Below are positions 26,944 to 37,334 of a stretch of 64,000 nucleotides of DNA, piece after piece. Where the stretch lies: NCBI GenBank assembly GCA_963665325.3, contig CAXXWS020000002.1, positions 608,001 to 672,000 of the forward strand, read 5' to 3'. The DNA comes from Alphaproteobacteria bacterium. GTDB taxonomy: Bacteria; Pseudomonadota; Alphaproteobacteria; Bin95. The notes beneath the pieces are model-generated. The model saw nothing but the letters and a program-made list of their open reading frames with translations, had not been told where the DNA came from and ran no database searches. The translations under genes were made by a program, and so were the position numbers. Each line of letters starts with the position of its first letter. The first letter of the stretch is position 1.

Positions 26944-29193
26944 CTACTGCATTTCCCGATTCCGCTGTCTGAGGGCGCGCCAGACGCGCTCGGGGGTTGC
27001 CGGCATCTGGACGTCGGGGGCGCCGGCTGAGGCAAGCGCGTCCGCCACGGCGTTCATTGCCGCCGGCAGAGCGGCCGTGGTGCCGCTTTCGCCGACGCCC
27101 TTTACACCCAGCGGATTGGTGAGGCAGGGCGTCGGACGCCGCTCCAGTGCGAAGGACGGGATGTCGGCCGCCCGGGGCAGGGCATAATCCATGAAGGAGC
27201 CGGAGAGAAGCTGTCCGGTTTCGCCGTCGTAAACGATGTGCTCCATCAGCGCCTGTCCGACACCCTGCACGATGCCGCCGTGAAGCTGGCCATCCAGCAG
27301 CATGGGGTTCACCGCAACGCCCGCATCGTTGACCAGGCTGTAGCGCTCCAGGAAGACCCGGCCGGTCTCGGGGTCGATTTCGACCTCGGCTACATGGGTG
27401 CCATTCGGGAAGCTGTAGGTACGCGCGATGAAGTGGCCCGATGCATCCAGTCCCATGTCCATGTCCTCAGCGAGAAAGGCAGGGTCGAAGCTGGCCGCCG
27501 CCACCTCCTGTAGAGCGACCTGCCTGTCCGTGCCGACGACCTCGAAGGCGCCCCGCTCGAAGGCGATATCGGCCTCGCTCGCCTCCATCATGGCGGCGGC
27601 GATGCGCCGGCCCTTCTCCACGATGCGTTCGCTCGCGCGGACCATCGCCGCGCCCGCCACCGTCGTCACGCGCGAGCCGCCGGCGCCGCTGCCGCGCCCG
27701 ACAAGATCGCTGTCGCCGGTCAGCACGCGAACGGCATCGACCGGCAGCCCGAGTTGCTCTGCGGCGATTTGCGAGAATGTCGTTGCGAAACCCTGGCCGT
27801 TGCTGGACGCGGTGAGCGTGACGGTCAGCAGGCCCTCTTCGTCGAAGCGCATCGTCACGCGCCCGTCCTTGTAGCCGTCGGGCTCCGTATAGGAGGCAAA
27901 GCCGAAACCGCGCAGCCGCCCGGCGGCCTCGCTCTCCCGCCGCCTTTCCGCGAAACCTGCGCGGTCGGCCAGTTCTAGCGCTGCGTCCAGATTGCCGGCG
28001 AAGTCGCCGCTGTCATAGACGAGGCCGGTCGGCGTGTGCCAGGGCATCTCCTCCGGGCGGATCATGTTTCGCCGGCGCAGCTCCGCCGGGTCGATGGCGA
28101 GCCTGCGCGCGGCCTCGTCCACAAGCCGTTCGACGATATAGCCGTATTCCGGCTTGCCGGCGCCCCGGTATGCGGTGACCGGCGTCGTGTGACTGAGCCT
28201 GCAGACCGTTTCTGCATGGACCGCCGGGATGCGGTACACATTGGCCAGCATCCGCGATCCGCCGTCGGTCGGAATGACCGGGCCGGCCCCGGTGGCGTAT
28301 GCGCCCAGATCGGAACGGGTCGATGTCCGGATTGCAAGAAAGCGTCCTTCGGCGTCCAGCGCGAGTTCCGCCTCCGTGTCATGGTCGCGGGCGTGGTAAT
28401 CCGAGAGGAAGGACTCGGTGCGCTCGTCGATCCATTTCAGCGGCCGTCCAAGCTGCCGGGCCGCGTGGGCGAGCAGGACCTGTTCGGCGAAGATGCCGTT
28501 CTTCATGCCGAAGCCGCCGCCGACATCGGGGGTTATCACGCGCACGTCCGCGCGCGCCGCGCCGAGAGCCTTCGCCAGCGCTTCCTGCACCTGGCCTGGC
28601 CCCTGGGTCGGCGCAATCAGCGTGTAGCGGCCGTCCCGCGCGTCCCACTCGGCAAGCGCGCCCCGAGTTTCCAGCGGTGCGGCGCTGACCCGGTTGTTCG
28701 CGAGGCTTATGCGGACCCAGTGCGCGGCTCCCGCGAACAGCGCTTCGACGCCCGCAGCGTCCCCCCGCACCCACTCGAACAAGGTTTCGGTCTCCGCCGG
28801 GAGCGGGCGGAAGTCCACGACGACCGCCTCAGCCATGTCGCGCGCTGCCGCTGCCGTTTCCGCGACGGCCATTGCGACGATCTCGCCGGCGTAGCGCGCC
28901 CGTTCGCGCGCCAGCGCGGGAAAGGGCGGCGGCACCAGAGGTGTCCCGTCGCGCCGCCGCACCGGCGACCGGTTGTCGAGCGGCCCGGTTTCGAGACCAT
29001 CGCGCAGCAGGGCGACCGCGCCCGGCACTTTCAGCGCCTCGCGGTCATCCACATTGAGGATATCGGCGTGGGCATGGGGCGAGCGCACGAAGCGGACCCA
29101 TGCCTGGCCCGCGAGGACCATGTCGTCGGTGAAGCGCCCGTGGCCCGTGAGAAGCGCAGCGTCCTCAAGACGCGGGAGGCTCCGGCCAATCAC
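26944..29193 (-). CDS. Xanthine dehydrogenase family Mo-binding subunit (CoxL form II-like)
   Basis: VGGGFGMK, AYRGAGKPE, GQLHGG, GVKGVGE. Confidence 0.9.
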   Translation of the reverse strand: MIGRSLPRLEDAALLTGHGRFTDDMVLAGQAWVRFVRSPHAHADILNVDDREALKVPGAVALLRDGLETGPLDNRSPVRRRDGTPLVPPPFPALARERARYAGEIVAMAVAETAAAARDMAEAVVVDFRPLPAETETLFEWVRGDAAGVEALFAGAAHWVRISLANNRVSAAPLETRGALAEWDARDGRYTLIAPTQGPGQVQEALAKALGAARADVRVITPDVGGGFGMKNGIFAEQVLLAHAARQLGRPLKWIDERTESFLSDYHARDHDTEAELALDAEGRFLAIRTSTRSDLGAYATGAGPVIPTDGGSRMLANVYRIPAVHAETVCRLSHTTPVTAYRGAGKPEYGYIVERLVDEAARRLAIDPAELRRRNMIRPEEMPWHTPTGLVYDSGDFAGNLDAALELADRAGFAERRRESEAAGRLRGFGFASYTEPDGYKDGRVTMRFDEEGLLTVTLTASSNGQGFATTFSQIAAEQLGLPVDAVRVLTGDSDLVGRGSGAGGSRVTTVAGAAMVRASERIVEKGRRIAAAMMEASEADIAFERGAFEVVGTDRQVALQEVAAASFDPAFLAEDMDMGLDASGHFIARTYSFPNGTHVAEVEIDPETGRVFLERYSLVNDAGVAVNPMLLDGQLHGGIVQGVGQALMEHIVYDGETGQLLSGSFMDYALPRAADIPSFALERRPTPCLTNPLGVKGVGESGTTAALPAAMNAVADALASAGAPDVQMPATPERVWRALRQRNREMQ

Positions 29194-30080
29194 CGCATGC
29201 GCCCGCGCAGGAAAGTCCCGGCCCGCGCGATCGCCTCGCCCGCCTCGTCCAGCACCGGCGCGAACAGGTGCCAGACATGCATCATGTCATGCGCGACATC
29301 GAGGCTGACATCGACGCCCGCTGTGCGGGCCCGCTCCGCAAGCCGGAGCGAGTCGTCGAGCAATACCTCCGCGGTGCCGACCTGGATCAGCAGCGGCGGC
29401 AATCCCGAGAGATCGGCGTAAATCGGTGCGGCGAGCGGTGCGCGGGTGTCGGCGCCCGCCAGGTAGCGCTCCGAGAACCAGAGCAGCGCTTCATGGTTCA
29501 AGGTCGGGTCCTCGTCCTCCTTGGCCGCCATCGAGGCGCCGACCCCCTCCATATCGACCCAGGGCGAAAGGCAAAGCCCGGCCGCCGGCATCGGCTGGCC
29601 CCGATAGCGCAGCGCGACCAGCGCGGCGACGGTCAGCCCGCCTCCGGCAGAATCGCCTGCGATGCAGAGCCGTTCGGGCCCAAAACCCTCGTCGAGCAGC
29701 CAGCAATAGGCGTTGACGGCATCGTCCACGGCTGCCGGGAAGGGAGACTCGGGCGCAAGGCGGTAATCGAGAAGCAGCACCCTTGCCTTCGAAGCGGCAG
29801 AGAGGTTGTAGGCGAGGTTGCGGTGCGTGTCGCAGGAGCCGATGACATAGCCGCCGCCATGCAGGTAGAGCACTGCGCGGTCCGATAGGCAGCCGGGCGC
29901 AGCAACCCATTCCGCAGGGCGGTCGGCGACGGTGACGGGCGTGACATCCGCATCTGCCGGAGCGGGAAACCGCTCCCCCACTTCCGCGATGCGCGCGCGC
30001 ATTTCGGGCACCGTCGGGTTCGTGGGCTTGCCGCGTTCCCAAAGCAGGGTCTTCAGGGCCGCCAACTGCTCGGAACTCAT
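29190..30080 (-). CDS. HSL-family alpha/beta hydrolase (esterase/lactonase)
   Basis: HGGGY, DYRLAPE, GDSAGG, HVW. Start ATG 30080. Confidence 0.9.
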   Translation of the reverse strand: MSSEQLAALKTLLWERGKPTNPTVPEMRARIAEVGERFPAPADADVTPVTVADRPAEWVAAPGCLSDRAVLYLHGGGYVIGSCDTHRNLAYNLSAASKARVLLLDYRLAPESPFPAAVDDAVNAYCWLLDEGFGPERLCIAGDSAGGGLTVAALVALRYRGQPMPAAGLCLSPWVDMEGVGASMAAKEDEDPTLNHEALLWFSERYLAGADTRAPLAAPIYADLSGLPPLLIQVGTAEVLLDDSLRLAERARTAGVDVSLDVAHDMMHVWHLFAPVLDEAGEAIARAGTFLRGRMR

Positions 30081-30221
30081 CTGGACACCATCTCCGTCAT
30101 GCCTGTCGCCCCTTGGTCCCGGAGCGAGACCCGATCTTACCCCACCGCGACAGAAATTGTGCGACCGCCGGCAGTCCCAACTCGGGCTGCGGCAACGCTC
30201 CGTGCGAAGTGTCACGGAATG

Positions 30222-31202
30222 TCATGATCTGTCATGGTCTGGCGCGGAACCGGCGCCGTCGGGCCCGGTCTTCCTTCCCCTCTTCTTCTTTTTCTTTTTC
30301 GTCGCCGGTCCACTCAAGTCGCCGTCTTCTCCGCCGCCCCGTTCTTCCCGATCGAGGCGGTTCCGCGTTCGCTGCCCGACCTCCTCCGGGGCCCAGGGGT
30401 CGTAGATTTCGGCGTAGCCGTTGCGGCGTTGGTATAGCCAGTCGTGCTCGGCGCCGTCGGCTCTGTCACCGTCGATCCTGTCCTCGTCGCCGGACCCTTC
30501 GCCGCCTGCCCACGGGCAGTCTTCGTAGGTCTCCTCAGGCGGGTCGTCGGCGGGGGGCCGGTCTTCGGGCGAAGCCGGTTCGGGAGCCTCGAAGCAGACG
30601 GGCAGTCGCGTCCGCTCCTCGACGACCCCGGCGAGCCTGCGGGCAACCTCGTCATGCGCGTCCCGGTCGAAGCCCTCCTGCGCCTCAAGCTCCTCCCGGC
30701 TCTCGCGGTGGCGCGCGAGCGCGCATCGGGCGCGGTCGCGTCCGCTGCGCACGGCCTCGGCGAGCGGCCCCGGCTCAGTGCCGGCCTCCTGCGCCTCGCC
30801 CGCTTCGATCTCTCCGAACTCGTCCTCGTGCGGCATTGGCCAGAGCCCCGCACGGCGCACGGCCGTCGGCCCCGTAAGCCCTGCAATCTCGGCCTGGAAG
30901 CGCAGCACCCGCAGCATCGTGTAGGCCGAGCCGCTGGCGACGGCCGCGTCCCACGCCTGCTCCAGCCGGGCAAGCAGGATACGGGCCTCGTCCCTCTCGG
31001 TGCGCTTCCACGACAGGCGGATGCGCCGCAGCCGTTCGACAATGTAGGGTCGTTCCAATAAGGCGCAGCCGGTCTGGCGGGCGGAGCGCTCGGAGTAGCC
31101 CGCCTGCCTTGCAGCGTCTGCGGCATTGCCGGAGACCGCATAGTGGCGGCAGAAGGCCTCCTGGCGTGTGGACAGCGCAACGGCGGGTTGGATGATGGGC
31201 AT
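30222..31202 (-). CDS. Orphan protein with terminase small subunit-like N-terminal HTH and disordered tail
   Basis: LSTRQEAFCRHYAVSGNAADAARQAGYSERSARQTGCALL; AAGGAG RBS. Confidence 0.7.
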   Translation of the reverse strand: MPIIQPAVALSTRQEAFCRHYAVSGNAADAARQAGYSERSARQTGCALLERPYIVERLRRIRLSWKRTERDEARILLARLEQAWDAAVASGSAYTMLRVLRFQAEIAGLTGPTAVRRAGLWPMPHEDEFGEIEAGEAQEAGTEPGPLAEAVRSGRDRARCALARHRESREELEAQEGFDRDAHDEVARRLAGVVEERTRLPVCFEAPEPASPEDRPPADDPPEETYEDCPWAGGEGSGDEDRIDGDRADGAEHDWLYQRRNGYAEIYDPWAPEEVGQRTRNRLDREERGGGEDGDLSGPATKKKKKKRGRKTGPDGAGSAPDHDRS

Positions 31203-31591
31203 GGGGTGCGGCTCCTTCGTTCCGCTGGCGTTCGATATGGAAAGCCCGGCTGCGGTGCGGGACCGCGCCGGGCCGGGAGGACGGCGTTGACGGACAGACA
31301 GGCCGCCCGTCTCCGGAGCGACCCTGTTTCGCGCGTATCGCGGGCGGGCGCGGGCGCGTGTTGGCGCCGGCGCGGTTCGCGCGCCTGATTGCGCGCGCGA
31401 GCCGGAGGGCGCACTTCACCTGTCTGCAGAATCAGGGTCGTTCCGCGCCGGGCCGACGCGAAAGGAAGCGGTCCGCGCGGACGCCGCCTCCCTCGAACCT
31501 ATCTTAGCAGGATTTTACAGAATACAAGTCTTGTTGAGGAATTTAATTCCATTAACTCGCAACAAATTGCCGAAATCGGTCCCTCGAACCG

Positions 31592-32848
31592 TCAACCCAC
31601 CTGGTTTCTCGGCACGTCGCGGAAGGGGCGGTCGGTGTCGTGGCGAACCTCCTTGGGCATGGAGAGGATACGCTCGGAGATGATGTTGCGCTGGATCTCG
31701 TCCGTGCCGCCGGCAATGGAGATGGCGGGAGTCGAGACGAGGATTTCCGCAACCACGCCGCCTGTGCCGTCATCGTCGCCGGTGAGCATGGCGTCGGGAC
31801 CGGCGATCATTGTGTGCGCCTTCGCGCAGGCACGCGCGACGATGCTGGCGGCGAGCTTGCCGATCGAGCCTTCCGGCCCTTGCGGCCGGCCCATCTGCTG
31901 CGCCTCGCGGGCCCGCCGCGCCGTCCATTCGGCGGTCCGCGCAAGCGTCAGCGCCTTTGCGATTTCCTGGCGCACGGCCGGGTCTTCCCAGCGGCCGGCC
32001 TCCTTTGCGCGCTCGATGAGCATATCCGCGCGTCCGGTGCGCTGCGGATACCAGACATAGGGCGCCATGACGGTCGCGACCTCGGCGCGTTCCTCCTCGT
32101 AGATACGCTCCGGCCGGTCGCTGCCGGTGGCGTAGCGGCGCACGCCGTCGGCCCCGCGTCGCTCATGCATCAGGGTGGTCGTTGCGACCTTCCAGCCCTC
32201 GCCGAGACCGCCGATCTGGTATTCCGCTTCCACCACGGCGTCGGTGAAGAAGACCTGGTTGAAAGAGGCGTGGCCGTTCATCTGCTTGAGCTGATGGACC
32301 TCGACGCCCGGCTGGCGCATGTCGAGCAGGAAGTAGCTGAGGCCCTGATGCTTGACGGCGTCCCAGTCGGTCCGCGCCAGCAACAGGCCGAAATCGGCGT
32401 GGTGCGCGCTGGTGTTCCAGACCTTCTGGCCGTTAATTACCCACTTGCCGTCGCGCAAATCGGCGCGCGTTACCGCCCCGGCGAGGTCGGAGCCGCTGCC
32501 GGGTTCGCTGAACAGCTGGCACCAGGTCTCCTCGCCCGTGAGGATGCCGCGCAGGAAGCGCTGCTTGTGCAGGTCCGTGCCGTGCTCGAGGATCGTCGCG
32601 GCGGCGAGCGTGCGGATGCCCATCTTGGCGACGCCGACCGCACCCAGCTTGTCGAACTCCTCCTCGACGACAGGCGTCATGCCGACCGGCAGGCCGCGCC
32701 CGTGCCATTCCTCCGGCCAGTGCGGCACGCCCCAGCCGGAATCGATCAGGATGTTGCGCCACTCGACCAGGCCCCTGTCGGCGTCCCAGTTCGCCGTCAG
32801 CCAGTCGCGGACCTCGGCGCGGATGTCGTCTTCGGTGAAGTCGGTCAT
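31592..32848 (-). CDS. Acyl-CoA dehydrogenase family protein
   Basis: WCQLFSEPGSGSDLA, NGQKVWN, SIAGGTDEIQRNII. Start ATG 32848. Confidence 0.93.
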   Translation of the reverse strand: MTDFTEDDIRAEVRDWLTANWDADRGLVEWRNILIDSGWGVPHWPEEWHGRGLPVGMTPVVEEEFDKLGAVGVAKMGIRTLAAATILEHGTDLHKQRFLRGILTGEETWCQLFSEPGSGSDLAGAVTRADLRDGKWVINGQKVWNTSAHHADFGLLLARTDWDAVKHQGLSYFLLDMRQPGVEVHQLKQMNGHASFNQVFFTDAVVEAEYQIGGLGEGWKVATTTLMHERRGADGVRRYATGSDRPERIYEEERAEVATVMAPYVWYPQRTGRADMLIERAKEAGRWEDPAVRQEIAKALTLARTAEWTARRAREAQQMGRPQGPEGSIGKLAASIVARACAKAHTMIAGPDAMLTGDDDGTGGVVAEILVSTPAISIAGGTDEIQRNIISERILSMPKEVRHDTDRPFRDVPRNQVG

Positions 32849-32849
32849 G

Positions 32850-33980
32850 TCAGGCGTTCCAGTGCTGCAGCATGCGTTCGCGGTGGTCGGCGGCGGTGCC
32901 GAGGAAAGCCTCGCTCGACTTGGCGCGCTTGAACCAAAGCTGCGTGTTGTTGTCGTGGGTGAAGCCAATGCCGCCATGCATCTGCACGGCGTGGATGGCG
33001 GTCTGCATATAGGTGTCGGAGGCGGTCGCCTTGGCGAGCGAAGCGAGCGCGGAGAGCGGCTGTTCCTCGTCCTCGCCGTCATCGTCGGCCGCGGCGGCGG
33101 CATAGTAGGCGGCGGCCTTGGCGAGCTCGACGTCCAGCAGCATGTCCGCCGCTTTGTGCTTGGTGACCTGGAAGGAGGCGATGGAACGCCCGAACTGCAT
33201 CCGCATGGCGACATATTCGAGCGCGTCCTCGCGCAGCCGCTCCGCGCCGCCGACCATCTCGCCGGCCAGGCAGACTGCGGCGATATCGAGCGTTCGTGCC
33301 CAGGCGGGGCCGCCGGCATCCGGTCCGCCGAGCAATTCGGCTTCGGCGCCGTCGAAATCCATCTTCGCGAGCCGGCGCGTCGGGTCCATCGACTGCAACG
33401 GCTCGCGTGTGAGCCCGGCGCTGTCCGCCGGCAGGCTGAACAGGCCGAGCCTGCCCTCCGGCAGCCTGGCAGCTGCAACAACGAGATCGGCGGCCATGCC
33501 GTCCAGCACATAGCTCTTGCGCCCCGTCAGCCGCCAACCGTCGCCGTCCGGTCGTGCGGTCGCGGCGAAAGCGTCGGCGTTCCATCCGGTTCCGGGTTCG
33601 GCGGCAGCGAGCGCCGCGATCGTCCCACCGCTCGAGATGCCGGGCAGAAGCGCCTGCTTTTGGGCGTCGGTGCCCGCCTCAGCAATGGCGGTTGCCGCCA
33701 TGACGGTGGAGCCGAAGAAAGGCGAGGGCAGCAGCGCGCGGCCGGCCTCTTCGGCGGCGATGGCGAGCTCCGAGACGCCGAACCCGGCCCCGCCATAGGC
33801 TTCGGGGATGTGGATGGCGGTCAATCCCAGATCCTCCGCCATCATCCGCCAGACCTCGGGGTCGTAGCCGGCCTCGGTTTCCATGACGCGGCGCACCTCG
33901 GTCGTCGGCGAGCGGTCCTGCAGGAAACGGCGGAGCATGTTGCGAAAGTCGGTCTGCTCCTCGGAAAAGCTGAACTTCAT
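32850..33980 (-). CDS. Acyl-CoA dehydrogenase family protein (likely heteromeric partner)
   Basis: IPEAYGGAG, RMQFGRSIASFQ, QMHGGIGFT. Confidence 0.92.
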   Translation of the reverse strand: MKFSFSEEQTDFRNMLRRFLQDRSPTTEVRRVMETEAGYDPEVWRMMAEDLGLTAIHIPEAYGGAGFGVSELAIAAEEAGRALLPSPFFGSTVMAATAIAEAGTDAQKQALLPGISSGGTIAALAAAEPGTGWNADAFAATARPDGDGWRLTGRKSYVLDGMAADLVVAAARLPEGRLGLFSLPADSAGLTREPLQSMDPTRRLAKMDFDGAEAELLGGPDAGGPAWARTLDIAAVCLAGEMVGGAERLREDALEYVAMRMQFGRSIASFQVTKHKAADMLLDVELAKAAAYYAAAAADDDGEDEEQPLSALASLAKATASDTYMQTAIHAVQMHGGIGFTHDNNTQLWFKRAKSSEAFLGTAADHRERMLQHWNA

Positions 33981-35455
33981 ACGGTGTCGGTCCTCGTTTC
34001 GGCGGCGGAGGCGGAGATGGCCGCGACCAGCGCTTCGGCCCCCTCCCAGTCATAGGTGCGGAAGGCGTGCCCGCGCGTGACGAATGGCGCGCCGGCATAG
34101 AACATCTCGTATTGCGTCTGCCGGCCCGCGAATTCCGAGCCGAGCGCGTCCCAGGCGAGCTTCATCAGCCGCACCCGCTCGACCGGCGGCGCGCCGTCGG
34201 CCGACTGCTGGACGCTTTGCAATATGCCCGCGAGCTCGGGGTCGGCGAGGTCGCGCTCGGAGGAGGGCAGCATGATGAGCGCGCCGCCGGCAAGGCCGCG
34301 CACCCGCTCGACCATGCGCGGATAGAGCGCCTGGCAGTAGGCCTGGGAGGCATAGACGGAATGCGCATCCGGCACGAAATACCGCCCGCGCTGCCTGCCT
34401 TTTGCCTCCATGCCGTAGAGCATGGTCTCGACCGCCGTCGCCTGCGCGGCCAGCATGCCGAGCGTTTCGGCGACCGGCGGCATCTTCGCGGTGCCGATGG
34501 TCTCGCAGATGCGCCGCGCCAGCCCGACAAGGAACTTGAACTTCACCGCGAGGCGGATCTGCGCCTGGTAATTCTGGTAGATGTGGCCCGGCGTGGCGTG
34601 GAACTGGCGCGCGCACATGGCGGGGCTGCGATGGACGAAGACGCGCTCCCAGGGAACCTTCACATCGTCGAACCAGACCAGCCCGTCATTCTCGTCGAAC
34701 CGCGAGGCGAGCGGGTCGTCGAAGGTGGAGAGCGCGCGCGCCTCGTACGACTTTCGCGCGAGCAGCCGGAGGCCCTTCGCCGCCATCGGGACCGCGAAGC
34801 TGATCGCGTAATCCTCCTCGTCCGGCTGTAGCGGCTGGAGATGGGCCACGAACATCTCATTGGCCAGGATCGCCGCGGTGCCGAGCATCTTGCCGCCGCG
34901 TACCGTCACCCCTTCCGCGTCCTCGTCCACGATGCGGAGCATCGGGCTGTCCTCGCCCTGGTCGCCGGTGCTCTTCGAGCGGTCGAGTTGCGGATTGACG
35001 ATCACATAGGTGAGGTAGAGGTCGTTGTCGCGCGCATGGGTGAAATAGTCGTGGAAGGCGCGCGCGCGTTCCGGGTCGTGGGCCTCGAACACATCCAGCC
35101 CCATGATCTGCCCGGTGACGGCGGACGCCAGATGGTCGGGCGCGCGGCCCATGAAGCCCGCATGGCATTCAGCCCAGGCAGTGAGCGCGCGGCGGCGCTG
35201 CACGAGCTCCTCCAGCGATGTCGGCATCTGCCAGGCGCGGTTGACACGCCGCGCGCCGGTCGGGGAGGGGAAGGTCATGGCCTCCAGATTGGCGGGGTCG
35301 GCCTGGTAACCGTAGAGTCCGGCAGCGGATCGCACGGCATTGCGGAAGGCGGGATGCCGTGCCGGGTTATCGACGCGGGCGCCGTCCAGCCAGACGGCGC
35401 GGCCGTCCTCAAGGCTCGCCAGATGCTCGGCGGCGTCCTTGGCCGCGCCCCCCAT
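33977..35455 (-). CDS. 4-hydroxyphenylacetate 3-hydroxylase (HpaB)-family oxygenase
   Basis: GFMGRAPDH, DDPLASRFDEND, GSEFAGRQTQYEMFY. Confidence 0.88.
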   Translation of the reverse strand: MGGAAKDAAEHLASLEDGRAVWLDGARVDNPARHPAFRNAVRSAAGLYGYQADPANLEAMTFPSPTGARRVNRAWQMPTSLEELVQRRRALTAWAECHAGFMGRAPDHLASAVTGQIMGLDVFEAHDPERARAFHDYFTHARDNDLYLTYVIVNPQLDRSKSTGDQGEDSPMLRIVDEDAEGVTVRGGKMLGTAAILANEMFVAHLQPLQPDEEDYAISFAVPMAAKGLRLLARKSYEARALSTFDDPLASRFDENDGLVWFDDVKVPWERVFVHRSPAMCARQFHATPGHIYQNYQAQIRLAVKFKFLVGLARRICETIGTAKMPPVAETLGMLAAQATAVETMLYGMEAKGRQRGRYFVPDAHSVYASQAYCQALYPRMVERVRGLAGGALIMLPSSERDLADPELAGILQSVQQSADGAPPVERVRLMKLAWDALGSEFAGRQTQYEMFYAGAPFVTRGHAFRTYDWEGAEALVAAISASAAETRTDTV

Positions 35456-35482
35456 CGTTCGGCGGTCTCCTGGCTCCTTCGC

Positions 35483-35803
35483 CTAGGTCGCAGTCGAGTA
35501 ATCGGTCGGGTCCATGACCACGCTCTCGATGGAGCTCACCAGCGGGCCGTCGCGCTCGCTCTCGCCCTTCGCCTTCTGCCAGTCGGGATCGTCGCGGAAG
35601 GCGGCCCAGGCGCTCTCCATCTGCGCGGCGTCCTCGAAGGTGCAGATATAGATGAGCTGGTTCAGGTCCGCCCGATTGATCCAGAAGCCCGCAACCCCGA
35701 TGCCGTGGCGGGCGAAGAGGCTGCAGGTGTGGTCGCGGAACCGGGCGTTGAGCGCATCGATCTTGCCGGGCGCGGCGTTGTAGGTGCGCAGTTCGTAGAG
35801 CAT
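35483..35803 (-). CDS. NIPSNAP family protein
   Basis: MLYELRTY..PGK, WAAFRDDPDW, PTDYS. Confidence 0.9.
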   Translation of the reverse strand: MLYELRTYNAAPGKIDALNARFRDHTCSLFARHGIGVAGFWINRADLNQLIYICTFEDAAQMESAWAAFRDDPDWQKAKGESERDGPLVSSIESVVMDPTDYSTAT

Positions 35804-35844
35804 GGGAGCGTCTTTCCTCGTGTTCGGGCGGCGTCGGAGAGCGG

Positions 35845-36264
35845 CTACTCTTTGGGCTCGAGGCGCAGAGAGGCCGAGTTCATGCAGTAGCGGAGCCCCG
35901 TCGGCGGCGGCCCGTCCGGGAAGATATGGCCCAGATGCGCGTCGCACCCGGCGCAGAGCGCCTCCGTGCGCGTCATGAACCAGCTCCGGTCCACCTTCTC
36001 GGCCACGGCCGCCTCGGAAACGGGCCGGGTGAAGGACGGCCAGCCGGTGCCGCTGTCGAATTTGGTGTCACTCTCGAACAGCGGGATATCGCAGCATATG
36101 CAGCGATAGGTGCCCGGTGTCTTGGTGGCGTGATACTCGTTGGCGAAGGGGCGTTCGGTGCCGTGCCGGCGCGCAACCCGGTATTGCTCGGGGGTGAGGC
36201 GGCTTCGCCATTCGGCGTCGCTGAGCTGCGTGCGGGGGGGTGCGGTGTCGAGAAGGTCGGTCAT
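35845..36264 (-). CDS. msrB: Peptide-methionine (R)-S-oxide reductase
   Basis: [33 protein letters not shown]. Confidence 0.96.
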   Translation of the reverse strand: MTDLLDTAPPRTQLSDAEWRSRLTPEQYRVARRHGTERPFANEYHATKTPGTYRCICCDIPLFESDTKFDSGTGWPSFTRPVSEAAVAEKVDRSWFMTRTEALCAGCDAHLGHIFPDGPPPTGLRYCMNSASLRLEPKE

Positions 36265-36477
36265 GGGGTCCACCGGCGTCCGCATCAAAGATGCCGACTT
36301 GTCGAGATTGCTGCTGTCGGTCGTCCGCCCGCAACCGGCTGCGGGCGGAAAAACGGTATGCCCAACCCGTCCCCTGTGCAAGTCCGCTTCAACGCCGGGG
36401 ACTCTCCCCTTCCCCTTCGGGAGGGCATGGTTATCCTTCCGTCGCGGCTACGGGCAGAGAGGAAGGACGGGCAGGCG

Positions 36478-36786
36478 ATGTTCATTGCGATGAACCGGTT
36501 TCGCATCGTGCGCGGGCGCGAGTCGGACTTCGAAGGGATTTGGGCCGAACGAAACTCTCATCTCGATGGTGTGCCGGGGTTCCTGGAGTTTCGGCTTCTC
36601 AGGGGGCCGGAGGAGGAGGACCATACGCTGTATGCCTCCCACTCGACCTGGCGCGACCGCGATGCCTTCGTCGCGTGGACGCGATCCGAGGCGTTCCGGA
36701 AGGCGCATGCCGGCGCCGGCGCGCGGGGCGACCTGTATCTCGGCCATCCCCACTTCGAAGGGTTCGACTCGGTCCTCGACCGCTAA
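36478..36786 (+). CDS. ABM-domain monooxygenase (heme-degrading IsdG/HmoA-like)
   Basis: MFIAMNRF, WTRSEAFRKAH. Confidence 0.88.
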   Translation: MFIAMNRFRIVRGRESDFEGIWAERNSHLDGVPGFLEFRLLRGPEEEDHTLYASHSTWRDRDAFVAWTRSEAFRKAHAGAGARGDLYLGHPHFEGFDSVLDR

Positions 36787-36822
36787 AGGCGGCGACGGTC
36801 CGGAGGTTTTCGCCGTTCAGCG

Positions 36823-37239
36823 CTACAGCGCGCCGGCGGCCTCGGCCTTGGCCCTGCGCGCGGCGATGCGTTCGCGCTGGCGAGTCTTGTCGATGACGAA
36901 ACGGGTGTGGCGGGCGCGGCCTACCTGGCAGAGCGCGTCGCAGATGTCGGCAGCCATTTCGACGCGCTGCCCGTCGAGGGACAGGACGCGGGCGTTGACC
37001 TCGATCCACATGCCGGCGAGCGTCGGCCCCAGATGGTCGATCTCCACCCGCGCGCCGACGGAGTCCTCGCCCTCGTCGAGATGGGAGAACACCAGGTCGC
37101 GGCAGGTCTGCTCGATCCGCGCCAGCATGAACGTGGTGGCGAAGACGCGCAGGTCCTCGCCCATGAAATCGATGGTCTGGTCCGCCGTGACATCGAAACG
37201 GCGCACACTCTTCAGGTCGGGCGCAAGCGAAGGTTTCAT
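36823..37239 (-). CDS. Hotdog thioesterase, FlK-like
   Basis: VFATT..IEQTC, SVGARVEIDHLGPT, HTRFVID. Confidence 0.82.
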   Translation of the reverse strand: MKPSLAPDLKSVRRFDVTADQTIDFMGEDLRVFATTFMLARIEQTCRDLVFSHLDEGEDSVGARVEIDHLGPTLAGMWIEVNARVLSLDGQRVEMAADICDALCQVGRARHTRFVIDKTRQRERIAARRAKAEAAGAL

Positions 37240-37334
37240 GCCGTGTCTCTGGATCTGTCCCCAAGGCAGGCATGGTTGGACAGCGCGCGCGCCCGTGCAA
37301 GACTTTCGCGACGAAAAAATGACAGTTTGAGGAA

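Noticed and set aside
26944-29193. True aerobic CO dehydrogenase
   Set aside because: Active-site loop is AYRGAG, not the form I AYxCSFR.
30222-31202. Prophage
   Set aside because: No large terminase, portal, capsid or integrase nearby.
23922-37239. Dedicated fluoroacetate detoxification pathway (dehalogenase-like + FlK-like)
   Set aside because: Genes are 12 kb apart, both families are broad, and the dehalogenase appears deleted.
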